Shown: positions 1 to 10,243, numbered from the stretch's first letter. The stretch is 64,000 nucleotides of DNA from Candidatus Eiseniibacteriota bacterium (GCA_963762255.1 CAVXKA010000001.1:960001-1024000), one strand, 5' to 3'. A program made the numbers and translations. Notes: generated by a model not told the origin, from the letters alone.

Positions 1-1
1 C

Positions 2-178
2 TTCGAGATGGGCACCTTCGGCGCCGAGTTGGCGGTGGAGCGCAAGGCGTATGACATCGACAACTTCTTCCTCTCGGGCTTCAACCCGGATCCGCGATAC
101 GGGAGCCTGACCCCCCTCCTGTCCAAGGAAAGCCGCTCCATCATGGCGATCTCCCTGAGCACACGCTGGCGGTTCTGA
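2..178 (+). CDS. 3' end of a probable outer-membrane beta-barrel protein (partial, runs off the window start)
   Basis: Open frame 2, FEMGTFGAELAVERKAYD...IMAISLSTRWRF*; alternating hydrophobic last strand ending in Phe (BAM beta-signal). Confidence 0.55.
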   Translation, partial: FEMGTFGAELAVERKAYDIDNFFLSGFNPDPRYGSLTPLLSKESRSIMAISLSTRWRF

Positions 179-315
179 TCGGGGAGCAGACTGCGATAAG
201 GCCGGACCGGGCAAGCTGACCCGGTGCCGGGCCTCGCCGGACGATTACAACCCATTTCGATTGTTTGATCCCGACGCAAAGGTCCGGTGCGTCCTTCCCG
301 ACAATTCGCACTTGT

Positions 316-331
316 CCACAACATGTTGTGT
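316..331. promoter_or_regulatory. NrdR box upstream of nrdJ
   Basis: CCACAACATGTTGTGT fits the acaCwAtATaTwGtgt consensus and contains a perfect 14-bp palindrome (317-330); lies about 120 bp before a ribonucleotide reductase gene. Confidence 0.8.
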
Positions 332-448
332 ATTGTGGGACAAGAAGCTACATGAATTGGTACTTTTCGCCTTGACGCGGTTTCTCACTGGGCGATATGA
401 AGGAAGGCGTCTTTTCTTCCCACCCTTACCTGGAAGGATGTGCGACCC

Positions 449-3283
449 ATGGCAAGAAAAGCGAGCAAACCGTCCGCCGCAGAGGGCGCGGCGTCGGTTC
501 GCCCGTCGGCCAGACGCCGCAATCGGGGGGCTGCTCTGGAGGGCGGCCTTCGCTTCGAGCGGCGCTTCACGCGGCCGGGGGTGAATCCATTCGACGAAGT
601 CGAATGGGAGACCCGCCACGCCCTGATCGTTAGCGAGCGCGGGGAAACCGTGTTCGAGCAGAAAGACGTTGAGATCCCCAGATCCTGGTCCCTGACCGCC
701 ACCAACGTGGTGGTCTCGAAGTACTTTCGCGGCAATCTGGGCACCCCCGAGCGCGAGTCGAGCGTCCGGCAATTGGTCGCGCGGGTGGTGGACACGATCA
801 CACGGTGGGGCGAAGAGGGAGGGGTCTTCGCCACCGGAGAGGATCGCGACGCGTTTCACGACGAACTGCAGCACCTCGTCATCCATCAGAGGATGGCCTT
901 CAACAGCCCGGTCTGGTTCAACGTCGGGGTGGTCGAGCATCCGCAGTGCTCGGCCTGCTTCATCAATTCGGTGCAGGATTCCATGGACTCCATCCTCGAT
1001 CTGGCCAAGACCGAGGGCATGTTGTTCAAGTGGGGTTCCGGCACCGGCAGCAACCTCTCCCGGATCCGCTCGTCCCACGAGAGGCTTCGGGGGGGCGGCA
1101 CCGCCTCGGGGCCCGTTTCGTTCATGAAGGGGTACGACGCCTTCGCCGGCGTGATCAAGTCGGGCGGCAAGACCCGCCGCGCCGCGAAGATGGTCATCCT
1201 CAACATCGATCATCCCGATGTCTTCGACTTCATCCGCTGCAAGGCGGAGGAAGAGAAGAAGGCATGGGCCTTGATCGAGTCTGGATACGACGGCGGCTTC
1301 AACGTCCCCGGCGGCGCCTACGACTCGGTCTTCTACCAGAACGCCAACCACAGCGTGCGGGTGACCGACGAGTTCATGCAGGCGGTGATCGAGGACCGCG
1401 AGTGGTCCACGCGGAACGTGCTCGGCGGAGGCACCGCCGAGACCTATCGCGCCAAGGATCTTCTCCGCGCGATGGCCGAGGCGACCCACGTGTGCGGTGA
1501 CCCCGGCATGCAGTTCGACACCACGATCAACCGGTGGCACACCTGCAAGGCGACGGATCGGATCCACGCCTCGAATCCCTGCAGCGAGTATATGTTCCTG
1601 GACGATACCGCCTGCAACCTGGCCTCGCTGAACCTCAAGAGGTTCGTGGACGTCGACGGGCGATTCAACACCGACGACTTCATCCACGCCGTCGACGTGA
1701 CGATTACCGCGATGGAGATCCTGGTCGGCAACTCGTCGTATCCCACGGCCAAGATCGCGGCCAACAGCCACGACTATCGACCGTTGGGGCTGGGGTACGC
1801 GAACCTCGGCGCGCTCCTCATGAGCTGGGGGGTGCCCTACGACAGCGAGCAGGGGCGGGCGACGGCGGCGGCCATCACCGCGCTCATGTGCGGACAGGCC
1901 TACGCCACCTCGGCGCGCATCGCGTCTCAGTTGGGCGCCTTCCCCGGGTATGCACGGAACGAAGCCTCGATGCTCGAGGTCATCGCCGCGCATCGGGAGG
2001 CGGTGAAGGGGATCGACCCGTCCCTGGTGCCGGCGGACCTGCTTGCGTCCGCGCACGAGTCGTGGAACCGCGCCCGCACGCTCGGCGGCGAGTACGGTTT
2101 CCGCAACAGTCAGGTCACCGTGCTCGCTCCCACCGGCACCATCGGCTTCCTCATGGACTGCGACACCACCGGCGTGGAGCCCGAGCTCGCGCTGGTGAAG
2201 TACAAGAAGCTGGTGGGGGGCGGCGTCATCAAGATCGTGAACCAGTCGGTGGAGCCGGCGCTCGAGCATCTCGGCTACGGGGCGGCGGAGTGTCTGCGCG
2301 TCCTCGAGCACATCGAGGAGGCGGGCACGATCGAACGGGCACCCGGGCTCAAGGACGAGCACTTGCCGGTGTTCGACTGCTCGTTCACGCCGGCAGGCGG
2401 TGCGCGTTCCATCCACTACTTGGGCCACCTGCGCATGATGGCGGCGGTGCAACCGTTCCTGTCGGGTGCGATCTCCAAGACGATCAACCTCCCGTCCAGC
2501 GTGACCGTCGACGAGATCTCCGATGCCTACCTCGAGGCATGGAGGCTCGGCCTGAAGTCGGTGGCGCTGTACCGGGACGGCTCCAAGCGCACGCAACCCC
2601 TCTCCACTCGACGGGATGGCGGCGGGGGGCCGGAGGCGGCCGCCGAGGCCGTCTCCCGCGCCCATCGCCGGCGTTTGCCCGACGAGCGTCAGGCCATCAC
2701 CCACAAGTTCTCGATCGGCGGCCACGAAGGCTACATCACGGTCGGGATGTACGAAGACGGGTCGCCCGGCGAGATCTTCGTGGTGATGTCGAAAGAGGGA
2801 ACGGTGGTGAGCGGTCTGATGGATGGATTCGCCACCACGATCTCGCTGGCGCTTCAGTACGGCGTGCCGCTCAACGTACTGGTCGACAAGTTCAGTCACA
2901 CGCGGTTCGAGCCTTCCGGGTTCACCAACAACCCGGAGATCCCGATCGCCAAGTCGATTCTCGATTACATATTCCGCTGGCTGGCCAGCCGCTTCCTCTC
3001 CGACGCCGATCAGGAACAGGTGGGGGTGCAGAAGCCGGCCATCGAGAACGCCGATCTGGCCGCCGGGACCGCGGGTTCCGCCGCGGCCACGGTCGCGCCC
3101 GCTCCTCGCTCGGCGCCGAAGGCGCGCAACGGTCACCGCAACGGGAAGGCCAAGGAGGAAGCCTCCTTCGCGTTCCGTCTGCAAGAGGACGCGCCGCCCT
3201 GCCACGAATGCGGCGCGATCATGGTGCGCGGCGGCTCCTGCTACAAGTGCTTGAACTGTGGAGCCACCAGCGGATGTAGTTGA
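449..3283 (+). CDS. nrdJ: Class II (adenosylcobalamin-dependent) ribonucleotide reductase with TSCPD domain and C-terminal Zn ribbon
   Basis: FNSPVWFN, QCSACFI, SNPCSEY, CNLASLNL, APTGTI, ISKTINLP motifs; C-terminal CHECG...CYKCLNCG. ATG 449 chosen over GTG 440. Confidence 0.95.
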   Translation: MARKASKPSAAEGAASVRPSARRRNRGAALEGGLRFERRFTRPGVNPFDEVEWETRHALIVSERGETVFEQKDVEIPRSWSLTATNVVVSKYFRGNLGTPERESSVRQLVARVVDTITRWGEEGGVFATGEDRDAFHDELQHLVIHQRMAFNSPVWFNVGVVEHPQCSACFINSVQDSMDSILDLAKTEGMLFKWGSGTGSNLSRIRSSHERLRGGGTASGPVSFMKGYDAFAGVIKSGGKTRRAAKMVILNIDHPDVFDFIRCKAEEEKKAWALIESGYDGGFNVPGGAYDSVFYQNANHSVRVTDEFMQAVIEDREWSTRNVLGGGTAETYRAKDLLRAMAEATHVCGDPGMQFDTTINRWHTCKATDRIHASNPCSEYMFLDDTACNLASLNLKRFVDVDGRFNTDDFIHAVDVTITAMEILVGNSSYPTAKIAANSHDYRPLGLGYANLGALLMSWGVPYDSEQGRATAAAITALMCGQAYATSARIASQLGAFPGYARNEASMLEVIAAHREAVKGIDPSLVPADLLASAHESWNRARTLGGEYGFRNSQVTVLAPTGTIGFLMDCDTTGVEPELALVKYKKLVGGGVIKIVNQSVEPALEHLGYGAAECLRVLEHIEEAGTIERAPGLKDEHLPVFDCSFTPAGGARSIHYLGHLRMMAAVQPFLSGAISKTINLPSSVTVDEISDAYLEAWRLGLKSVALYRDGSKRTQPLSTRRDGGGGPEAAAEAVSRAHRRRLPDERQAITHKFSIGGHEGYITVGMYEDGSPGEIFVVMSKEGTVVSGLMDGFATTISLALQYGVPLNVLVDKFSHTRFEPSGFTNNPEIPIAKSILDYIFRWLASRFLSDADQEQVGVQKPAIENADLAAGTAGSAAATVAPAPRSAPKARNGHRNGKAKEEASFAFRLQEDAPPCHECGAIMVRGGSCYKCLNCGATSGCS

Positions 3284-3355
3284 ACCTGGCCGCACCTCGA
3301 AGCGAGGGCGGATCCGGTTGCGGAAGCGGAGGCCCCCTGACGGTTCGTAAGAACC

Positions 3356-5224
3356 TCAGGGGGCCGATGCTTTGGGGCCGGAGCCGACCGAGGAATCGCC
3401 GCGCGCACCCCCGCCCGGGGTGGCAGCGGCTTCGCGAACGCGCCGGGCAGTGCGGGCCGCCGCGCGGGCCTCCTCGATGCGCCCCGCCATCGCTAAGCGC
3501 TGCGCCAACTCGCGCCAACGAGCCGGGTCCCGCGGATCGGCGAGAGCGGCGGCGCGCGCATAGGCGACCCCGGTCGACGCGGACCGGAATAGGCTGAACC
3601 AGCCCGCCTCGGGGGGCGCGCCCGCGGAATCAACGCGAACGAAGAACGCGCCGGCCCATGTCGTGTCCGATGCCGCGAACCCCGCGAGGAAGCTCCAGCT
3701 CGAATCGGGAAGCCGTGCCGCCATCAGCGGCGCGGGCCTACCGCTGGCTCTATAGGGGCGGTGTGGCGCCTGCACCGGAGCGTAGTGAGAGTCCCAGAGG
3801 AGCAGCGCTCCGGTGGGCGCGGCATCCAGCGCGCGAAACGAGGGGAAGCGCGTTCGATCGTAGGGGTCGCGCTTCAGATCCAGAGCCAGGAGCGGATGCG
3901 CGGAGAAGATCGGGCCGGATTCCATCACGGTGCGGGCGCGCAACCACCGCGCTGCGTCCGCGATCGATCGTTCTTCGGCGGTCGGCGTTCGCAACACGAG
4001 GCCCCGGTGGTCGCGAGCGAGACCGAGTGCGGCAAGCGCGACGGCCAGAGCGGGCAGCGCGCGCCGAAGCCGCCGAGGAAGGGCGTACGCGATCGTCCAG
4101 ACGACGGCCGCGGCGAGTGCGAAGAGATCCGTGCGCATGAGCGCCAGTTGCTCGCGATGGTAGGGGTGGCGCCAGAGCGTGAGGGTCCCCGCCAGCGCGA
4201 GCGCCAGGCCGATTCCGGTGGCGCGGCGCCTCGTCGCGCTCAGCGCACGCAGGCCGACCGACGCCAGAAGCGCGGCAGCGGGGGCGGCCATGGCCAGATA
4301 GCGGAGGTTTCCCCCTGTTCCAGGCCCGCCCGCGGCGAGGGCGGTGTAGAGCGCGAGCAGGGTGAGGAGCATGACGAGCGCGCCCAGCTCCGCCCGTCGC
4401 CCCGCGCCGCGCTCCTTGATCTCGGCCTTTCTTCGCGCCGCCTCGCGCGCGATGCGATCCGCGGCGCCCACCAGGACCGGAACGAGGATCCCGGGGCCGA
4501 GCACCCAGGCCAAGCTCTTCGCGTAGTGGAACGGCTCGCGAAGCGAGTAGTCGGGCCCCGCAAGGTGATGCGGCAGCCAAAGGGGATCGCCGCTGGCCAG
4601 CGCCCCGAACGCGTTCCACACGAGGAGGGGGGCCGGAAGCCACGCCAGGGCGGCGCGTCTTCGTTGCCGCCAGAGCAACACCGCCGCGAACGGCCAGAAT
4701 ACCAACAGCTCCGTCCGCACCAGCGGAAGCGCGGCGGCAATCGCTGCGAGGAGGCGCGGTCGTCGCTCGGCCACGGCCACCAAACCCCAGGCCAGCAGGG
4801 CCGCGGCCCAGGGCTCTGTCATGGCGGTACCGCAGTGTGCGAGGAGAAAGGGTTGGAGCAGGAAGAGCAGGACCGCCCAAATCGCCCCCGGTCCCCCGGT
4901 GTGCCGCGCGGCACGCGCCACCGCGGCCGCGGCGAAGCCTGTGGCCGCCGCCGTGGCGAGGCGCGCGCCGAGGAGGCCGGCCTGCGCGGGCAACGTAAGG
5001 GCGAGCGTCACCAGAGGCCTTCCGGCCAAGCCGATCCAGTTCTCGGGATGTTGGGGCGCGTAGCGAGCCAGAAGGTAGTGGAGTGCCTCTTCGTCGCCGG
5101 CCAACCCTCGGCTGGCCAGCGCCGCGAGGACGCCGGTGGCGCAACCGACTAACCAATACTTCGAGTTTGCTGAAGTGAATCTCGATCTCTTGTCGTCAGG
5201 CCCGATGTCGAATTCCTGCGCCAC
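3356..5224 (-). CDS. Polytopic membrane glycosyltransferase, GT-C fold (ArnT/PMT-like)
   Basis: N-terminal GDEEALHY loop, AMTEP and VRTE motifs, many TM helices, NLRYL motif, periplasmic C-terminal domain with a TPR-like tail. Confidence 0.65.
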   Translation of the reverse strand: MAQEFDIGPDDKRSRFTSANSKYWLVGCATGVLAALASRGLAGDEEALHYLLARYAPQHPENWIGLAGRPLVTLALTLPAQAGLLGARLATAAATGFAAAAVARAARHTGGPGAIWAVLLFLLQPFLLAHCGTAMTEPWAAALLAWGLVAVAERRPRLLAAIAAALPLVRTELLVFWPFAAVLLWRQRRRAALAWLPAPLLVWNAFGALASGDPLWLPHHLAGPDYSLREPFHYAKSLAWVLGPGILVPVLVGAADRIAREAARRKAEIKERGAGRRAELGALVMLLTLLALYTALAAGGPGTGGNLRYLAMAAPAAALLASVGLRALSATRRRATGIGLALALAGTLTLWRHPYHREQLALMRTDLFALAAAVVWTIAYALPRRLRRALPALAVALAALGLARDHRGLVLRTPTAEERSIADAARWLRARTVMESGPIFSAHPLLALDLKRDPYDRTRFPSFRALDAAPTGALLLWDSHYAPVQAPHRPYRASGRPAPLMAARLPDSSWSFLAGFAASDTTWAGAFFVRVDSAGAPPEAGWFSLFRSASTGVAYARAAALADPRDPARWRELAQRLAMAGRIEEARAAARTARRVREAAATPGGGARGDSSVGSGPKASAP

Positions 5225-5364
5225 GGGAGGGATTCTAGACCGAACCGGTTGACCGGTAAAGCGTTAGAGCCCCCCCACAAAACGTGAGTGAGATCATCAG
5301 GAAACCATCTTCGTCATGTGCTAGACTGACCTTTCCCCTGTGTTCTTACGGAGAGGCGGGAGTC

Positions 5365-5850
5365 GTGAATTTCTCCATAACGCGCCGCGGGGATTATGGG
5401 CTGATCGCGATCCTCTACCTTGCGCGCAAGAAGTCCGACGAGCTGACCCAGATCCACGAGATCGCGAGCCATTGCCGACTGCCGGAGCCGTTCCTGGCGC
5501 AGATTCTTCGCCTTCTCGTTCGTGGCGGTCTCGTACAATCGCGCAAGGGCGTTCACGGCGGGTTCTCTCTGGCTCGCAAGCCCCAGGACATCAGCTTTCT
5601 GGAAGTGCTCGAGGCGCTCGAAGGTCCGGTGGCCGTGAACCGGTGCCAGAACCCGGTCGTGGCCTGCGAACACGAGAGCGAATGCGCGATGGAGTTCGTG
5701 TGGTCGAAGGCTCAGAACGCCCTGGTGAACGTGCTGAAGGACGCCACGCTGGCCGACGCCTTTTGTTCCGGCCACTTTCCGTTCCTGTCTGGAGGAGGGA
5801 AGTCCTCCGGCGACGACTCGCACGCCGAGAAATCCCCCGCTCGAAACTGA
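5365..5850 (+). CDS. Rrf2-family transcriptional regulator (IscR-like, three Cys)
   Basis: DYGLIAILYLA, FLAQILRLLVRGGLVQSRKGVHGGFSLAR, C-x6-C-x5-C; directly upstream of a cysteine desulfurase; GTG start after GGAG/GGGAG. Confidence 0.9.
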   Translation: MNFSITRRGDYGLIAILYLARKKSDELTQIHEIASHCRLPEPFLAQILRLLVRGGLVQSRKGVHGGFSLARKPQDISFLEVLEALEGPVAVNRCQNPVVACEHESECAMEFVWSKAQNALVNVLKDATLADAFCSGHFPFLSGGGKSSGDDSHAEKSPARN

Positions 5851-5866
5851 TCCGCGAGTGTCCGGC

Positions 5867-7027
5867 ATGATGCGCGGCGTGTATCTGGATCATCATGCCA
5901 CCACGCCCCTCGATCCGCGTGCCCTCGAGGCGATGTCGCCCTACCTGTCCGAGGAGTTCGGCAACGCGGCGAGCCTCACCCACGACTACGGCCTCCGCGC
6001 GCGTCAGGCGGTGGAGGACGCGAGAGCTTCGGTGGCGCGACTCCTCGGCGCGCGCTCGGAGGAAACCGTCTTCACGGCCGGGGCGACCGAGGCCAACAAC
6101 CTCGCGCTCATCGGCGCGGCTCGCTCCGCGCGCCGACATGGGCGCGGCACTCACCTCGTCACCACGGCGTTCGAGCACAACTCGGTTTCGGACACCCTGC
6201 GCGCGCTCGTCGACGAGGGCTTCTCCCTCACCACGGTCGCGCCCGAACCGGACGGCGTCGTTCCCCCGGACGCGATCGAACGCGCGATCCAACCCGGGAC
6301 CGTGCTGGTGTCGATGATCGCGGCCAACGCCGAGATCGGTACCATACAACCGGTGGCTGAAGTGGGTACGATCTGCCGCGCGCGCGGCGTCGTCTTCCAT
6401 ACGGACGCCACCCAGCTCGTGGGGAAGCTCCCGGTGGACGTCGACGCGATGCGGATCGACCTTCTCGCTTTGAGTGCGCACAAGCTCTACGGACCGAAGG
6501 GTGTCGGCGCGCTCTACGTGCGCAACGGCGTGGAGTTGGAACCGATCCTTTTCGGCGGGGGACAGGAGCGGGGCCGCCGCCCCGGCACGCTGAACGTGCC
6601 CGGCATCGTGGGCCTGGGCGCGACGGCTCGCTTCCGCCTGGACGAGATGGCCGCCGAGGCCGCCGCTCTGAGCCGTCTGCGTGACGACCTCTGGGCGGGC
6701 ATCCGCCGCCGTCTGCCCGATGCGCGCCTCAACGGCCACCCGACACGGCGCCTCCCCGGCAACCTCAACGTTTCGTTTCCGGGCGTGCCTTCGCACGCGC
6801 TCCTGAGCGCGCTGTCCGGGTTCGCGCTCTCGGCGGGTTCGGCCTGCCACAGCGGAACGACGGCACCCTCCGAGGTGCTGCTGGCCATCGGAGTTCCCCC
6901 GGAGCTCGCGGTGTGCAGCCTCCGCATCGGTTTGGGTAAAGGATCGTCGCAGGAACAGGTACAATCATTGCTGTCTTCTCTGGAACACGGGGTCCTTCAG
7001 GTTCGGAGGACCATCGAGGGGAACTGA
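5867..7027 (+). CDS. iscS: Cysteine desulfurase (IscS/NifS group I)
   Basis: YLDHHATTP, GATEANN, HTDATQ, SAHKLYGPKG (PLP Lys), SAGSAC (catalytic Cys). Confidence 0.9.
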   Translation: MMRGVYLDHHATTPLDPRALEAMSPYLSEEFGNAASLTHDYGLRARQAVEDARASVARLLGARSEETVFTAGATEANNLALIGAARSARRHGRGTHLVTTAFEHNSVSDTLRALVDEGFSLTTVAPEPDGVVPPDAIERAIQPGTVLVSMIAANAEIGTIQPVAEVGTICRARGVVFHTDATQLVGKLPVDVDAMRIDLLALSAHKLYGPKGVGALYVRNGVELEPILFGGGQERGRRPGTLNVPGIVGLGATARFRLDEMAAEAAALSRLRDDLWAGIRRRLPDARLNGHPTRRLPGNLNVSFPGVPSHALLSALSGFALSAGSACHSGTTAPSEVLLAIGVPPELAVCSLRIGLGKGSSQEQVQSLLSSLEHGVLQVRRTIEGN

Positions 7028-7031
7028 CATC

Positions 7032-9146
7032 ATGGCTCGCACATCGCTTATCGTCTCGTCTCTCCTGCTCGCGGCACTCGTTCTCCTCGCGTTCTCGCCT
7101 GGCGGGCCCCCTCCGCCTGCGCGCTTGAGTCCGGGCCTGGCCCGGCGCGCGATCGAACAGCCGGGGGCACGCACCCTGGCCTGGGTGTTTTTCACCGACA
7201 AGGGGCTGAATGCCGCCGAGACCGCGCGCGCGCTGCGCACGGTGGAGCGCGGGCTCGATGCGCACGCGCGGGCCCGCCGAGCGCCCCTCGGTGCGAACCT
7301 CGGCCTCGATGCCCTCGATCTCCCGGTCCACGCGCCCTACGTGGACCAGCTCCGCGCCCGGGGCTTCACCGTCCGCCGGGTAAGCCGCTGGTTGAATGCG
7401 GCGAGCATCGAAGCGCCCGCGGTGAAGCTCACGCAACTCGAGGGGCTCGGGTTCGTCCGCCGTATCACCCCCGTGCTCGCGCGACGCGGACCGATCGAAC
7501 CTCTGGTTGGAGATGCGCGTGAAGCCGCCAAGACCGGCGTGATGTCGGCGGCTCAAGCCCCGAGCGACTCGCTCGAGCACCTCTTCTACGGACCCTCCTA
7601 CAACCAGTTGGACCAGCTCCAGGTGTTGGCCATGCACCGGATGGGTTACAGCGGGGCGGGCGTGCGTGTGCTGATGCTCGACACCGGCTACAAGAAGGAC
7701 CATCCCGTCTTTGCGTGCGCGCGCGTCATCGCCGAATACGACTTCGTGATGGAGGACGGCAACACCCAGAACGAGGGTGCGGACAACGTGAACCAGCACA
7801 ATCACGGCACCGGGACCTGGGCGACGCTGGGGGGCTACGGACCAAAGGCCCTCATCGGCCCCGCCTTCGCCGCCGAGTTCGTGCTGGCCAAGACCGAGGA
7901 CATCGTCCACGAGGTCCATGCCGAGGAAGACAACTACATCGCGGCGCTGGAGTGGGGGGACACGCTGGGGGTGGACGTGGCCTCGGCAAGTCTCGGCTAT
8001 TGGGATTTCGACGACTCGACTTCTTACACTCTGGCCGATCTCGACGGCGACACGGCTCCGATCACGATCGCCGTGGACATCGCCGTGGCCAAGGGCATGT
8101 GCGTGGTGAACGCGGCGGGCAATGCGGGCCCCAACCCCAGCACGATCGGCAGCCCCGCCGACGCGGACTCCGTGATCTCGGTGGGTGCGGTGGATTCGCT
8201 CGGCGTGATCCAGGCATTCTCGAGCCGCGGACCGACGGCGGACGGGCGCATCAAGCCCGAGGTTTGCGCGCGGGGCCGCAACACCTATTGGGCCCAGGCC
8301 TGGACGAACGCCTACGGGCCGGCCAACGGCACGAGCCTGGCCACGCCTCTCGTCGGGGGGCTGGCAGCGCTACTCAAGGAGGCCCACCCGGATTGGCCGG
8401 GCGAGACCATCCGCGAGGCGCTCATGGGCACGGCCACGCGCACCGGCACGCCGGACAACGCGTACGGGTATGGAATCGCGCAAGGCGTTTCCGCCATGAC
8501 CCACAACGGCGCAACGCCGGCGCCGGCTCGGATGACCCTGCCGTTCGCGCTGCTCGCGCCGGCGGACGGCGCCGTCGTGAACTCCGTGGCGCCCACCCTG
8601 CGCTGGGGCGCGTCCGACCCGGCGAGCCCGGGCGACGTCGCGAGCTACCGCGTGATCGTCTCGGCGAGCGCCACCTTCGCGGCGCCGGACACGTTCTCCG
8701 CGGGTCCCGACACCACGCTGCACCTTCCCGTCGTGTTGACGCCCGGTTCCACCACCTGGTGGAAGGTGGAGGCGATCGGCAATCAGGAGTACGTCCGCCG
8801 GAGCATGAACGTGCACGCGTTCACGGTGAACTCGACCGTGGCCGTCCTGCCGGGGGATGGCGTCGAGGCCCCCGCCTACGCGCTGCATGCGGCGCGGCCG
8901 AACCCGATGCGCGCGCGCACCATGATTCCCTATCGCGCGCCGGTGGGTGCGCGTTTCTCGCTCGATATCTTCGACGTTACAGGGAGGGTCGTGCGGCGCT
9001 TCGATCTGATCGGTGCGGGCGGTGTAGCGACGGTTACGTGGGATGGGCGCGACAGCGCCGGCCGCGAGGTCGCGGCGGGCGCGTACTTCTACCGGCTGCC
9101 GGCCCATCAGCCTGCGGGTGCCGGTCGCTTGATCCGCCTCCCCTAG
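7032..9146 (+). CDS. Secreted S8 subtilase with C-terminal FlgD-Ig/T9SS-like domain
   Basis: Signal peptide; catalytic MLDTG, HNHGT, GTSLATP; AAGN oxyanion motif; tail ARPNP...IFDVTGRVVR...WDGRD...GAYFYRL. Confidence 0.9.
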   Translation: MARTSLIVSSLLLAALVLLAFSPGGPPPPARLSPGLARRAIEQPGARTLAWVFFTDKGLNAAETARALRTVERGLDAHARARRAPLGANLGLDALDLPVHAPYVDQLRARGFTVRRVSRWLNAASIEAPAVKLTQLEGLGFVRRITPVLARRGPIEPLVGDAREAAKTGVMSAAQAPSDSLEHLFYGPSYNQLDQLQVLAMHRMGYSGAGVRVLMLDTGYKKDHPVFACARVIAEYDFVMEDGNTQNEGADNVNQHNHGTGTWATLGGYGPKALIGPAFAAEFVLAKTEDIVHEVHAEEDNYIAALEWGDTLGVDVASASLGYWDFDDSTSYTLADLDGDTAPITIAVDIAVAKGMCVVNAAGNAGPNPSTIGSPADADSVISVGAVDSLGVIQAFSSRGPTADGRIKPEVCARGRNTYWAQAWTNAYGPANGTSLATPLVGGLAALLKEAHPDWPGETIREALMGTATRTGTPDNAYGYGIAQGVSAMTHNGATPAPARMTLPFALLAPADGAVVNSVAPTLRWGASDPASPGDVASYRVIVSASATFAAPDTFSAGPDTTLHLPVVLTPGSTTWWKVEAIGNQEYVRRSMNVHAFTVNSTVAVLPGDGVEAPAYALHAARPNPMRARTMIPYRAPVGARFSLDIFDVTGRVVRRFDLIGAGGVATVTWDGRDSAGREVAAGAYFYRLPAHQPAGAGRLIRLP

Positions 9147-10243
9147 ACACTGCCGATCGACTTCCATACTCCGGGGATCGCAGTCCCGCAGTCGGGGCAA
9201 ACGCCGGTCGGTCCCACGCGGTTCTCCACCACGAAGAACCCTCGGCGGCGTATGACGGTGGCGCCGCAGTCGTGACAGCGCGTGTTCTCCCACTCGCCTA
9301 CGTCTCCAGGCCGGTTTCCGGTGTAGACGTAGCGTAGCCCCGACTCGACGCCGATTTCCGCCGCGTGGAGCAACGCCTCGACGCGCGTGGACGGAGTGCT
9401 GTCCATCTTGTAGTCGGTGTGAAAGCCGGTCACATGCCAGGGGATGAGGGGATCCACGCGCGCCAACCACCGCGTCAGCTCGCGCACCTCGGCGTCGGAG
9501 TCGTTGAACCCGGGCACGAGAAGCGTGACCACCTCCACCCAGAACCCGCGCCGCTTCGCGTTCTCGATGGTTTCCAGCACGTTCTTGAGCACGGTTCCCA
9601 GCCGTCGGTATTCGCGGTCGTTGAACGCCTTCAAGTCCACCTTGTAGAGGTCGGTCCAGGGGCGAATCCAGTCCAGCACCTCGGGGGTCGCGTTCCCGTT
9701 CGAAACGTAGCCGGTGACAAGTCCCGCCTCCTTCGCTTCGCGGAACACCGCCATGGCCCATTCACTGGTGATGAGCGGCTCGTTGTAGGTGGAGATGACG
9801 AGCCGCGAATCGGTCGTGACCGCGGTGCGGACGATGTCCACCGCGTCGATGTCGCGGGGGGGCGGCACCGAGCCTCCATCGCGTAGCGTCTGACTCGTGA
9901 GCCAATTCTGGCAGTAGGGGCAATGGAGGTCGCAGCCCAACATGCCGAAGCTCAACGCTTTCGACCCCGGCAGCGCGTGGAAGAAGGGCTTCTTCTCCAC
10001 CGGATCCACCGCCAGCGACTCCACGTAGTCGAACGGCACCCGCAGCACCCCGTCCTCGTTGAAGCGCACCTTGCAGATGCCGGGCTGGCCGGCGGGAACC
10101 CGGCAGCGATGGCCGCAGGCCAGACATTGGACCCAATCGGGTTTCTCGGGGATCGGCCGGACCAGGGCGGGGTCGGCGGGAGCGGTGCGGGAGCGGAGGA
10201 GAGATTCGAGCGTCGCCGGCCCAGAGTTCATGTTGCGGATCAT
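9143..10243 (-). CDS. amrS: AmmeMemoRadiSam-system radical SAM enzyme
   Basis: CLACGHRC...ICKVR, DPVEKKPFFH, GCDLHCPYCQNW, TYNEP, C-terminal YVYTGN...TRCHDCG...CPDCG. Confidence 0.9.
   Translation of the reverse strand: MIRNMNSGPATLESLLRSRTAPADPALVRPIPEKPDWVQCLACGHRCRVPAGQPGICKVRFNEDGVLRVPFDYVESLAVDPVEKKPFFHALPGSKALSFGMLGCDLHCPYCQNWLTSQTLRDGGSVPPPRDIDAVDIVRTAVTTDSRLVISTYNEPLITSEWAMAVFREAKEAGLVTGYVSNGNATPEVLDWIRPWTDLYKVDLKAFNDREYRRLGTVLKNVLETIENAKRRGFWVEVVTLLVPGFNDSDAEVRELTRWLARVDPLIPWHVTGFHTDYKMDSTPSTRVEALLHAAEIGVESGLRYVYTGNRPGDVGEWENTRCHDCGATVIRRRGFFVVENRVGPTGVCPDCGTAIPGVWKSIGSV

Noticed and set aside
244-300. GACGCAAAG...TCCGG resembling a c-di-GMP-I riboswitch, or a possible cobalamin riboswitch before nrdJ
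   Set aside because: No GGCAAA/GNRA P2 or P1 pairing; GACGCA pairs locally with TGCGTC. No B12-box or GGGAA-CCGGTG core was found.
245-3295. 1016-aa antisense ORF over nrdJ, and many similar long shadow ORFs (e.g. 25480-26925, 56494-58899, 59833-61407)
   Set aside because: They mirror well-supported genes on the other strand or frame, have Arg/Gly/Pro-rich composition without motifs, and are expected from high GC3.
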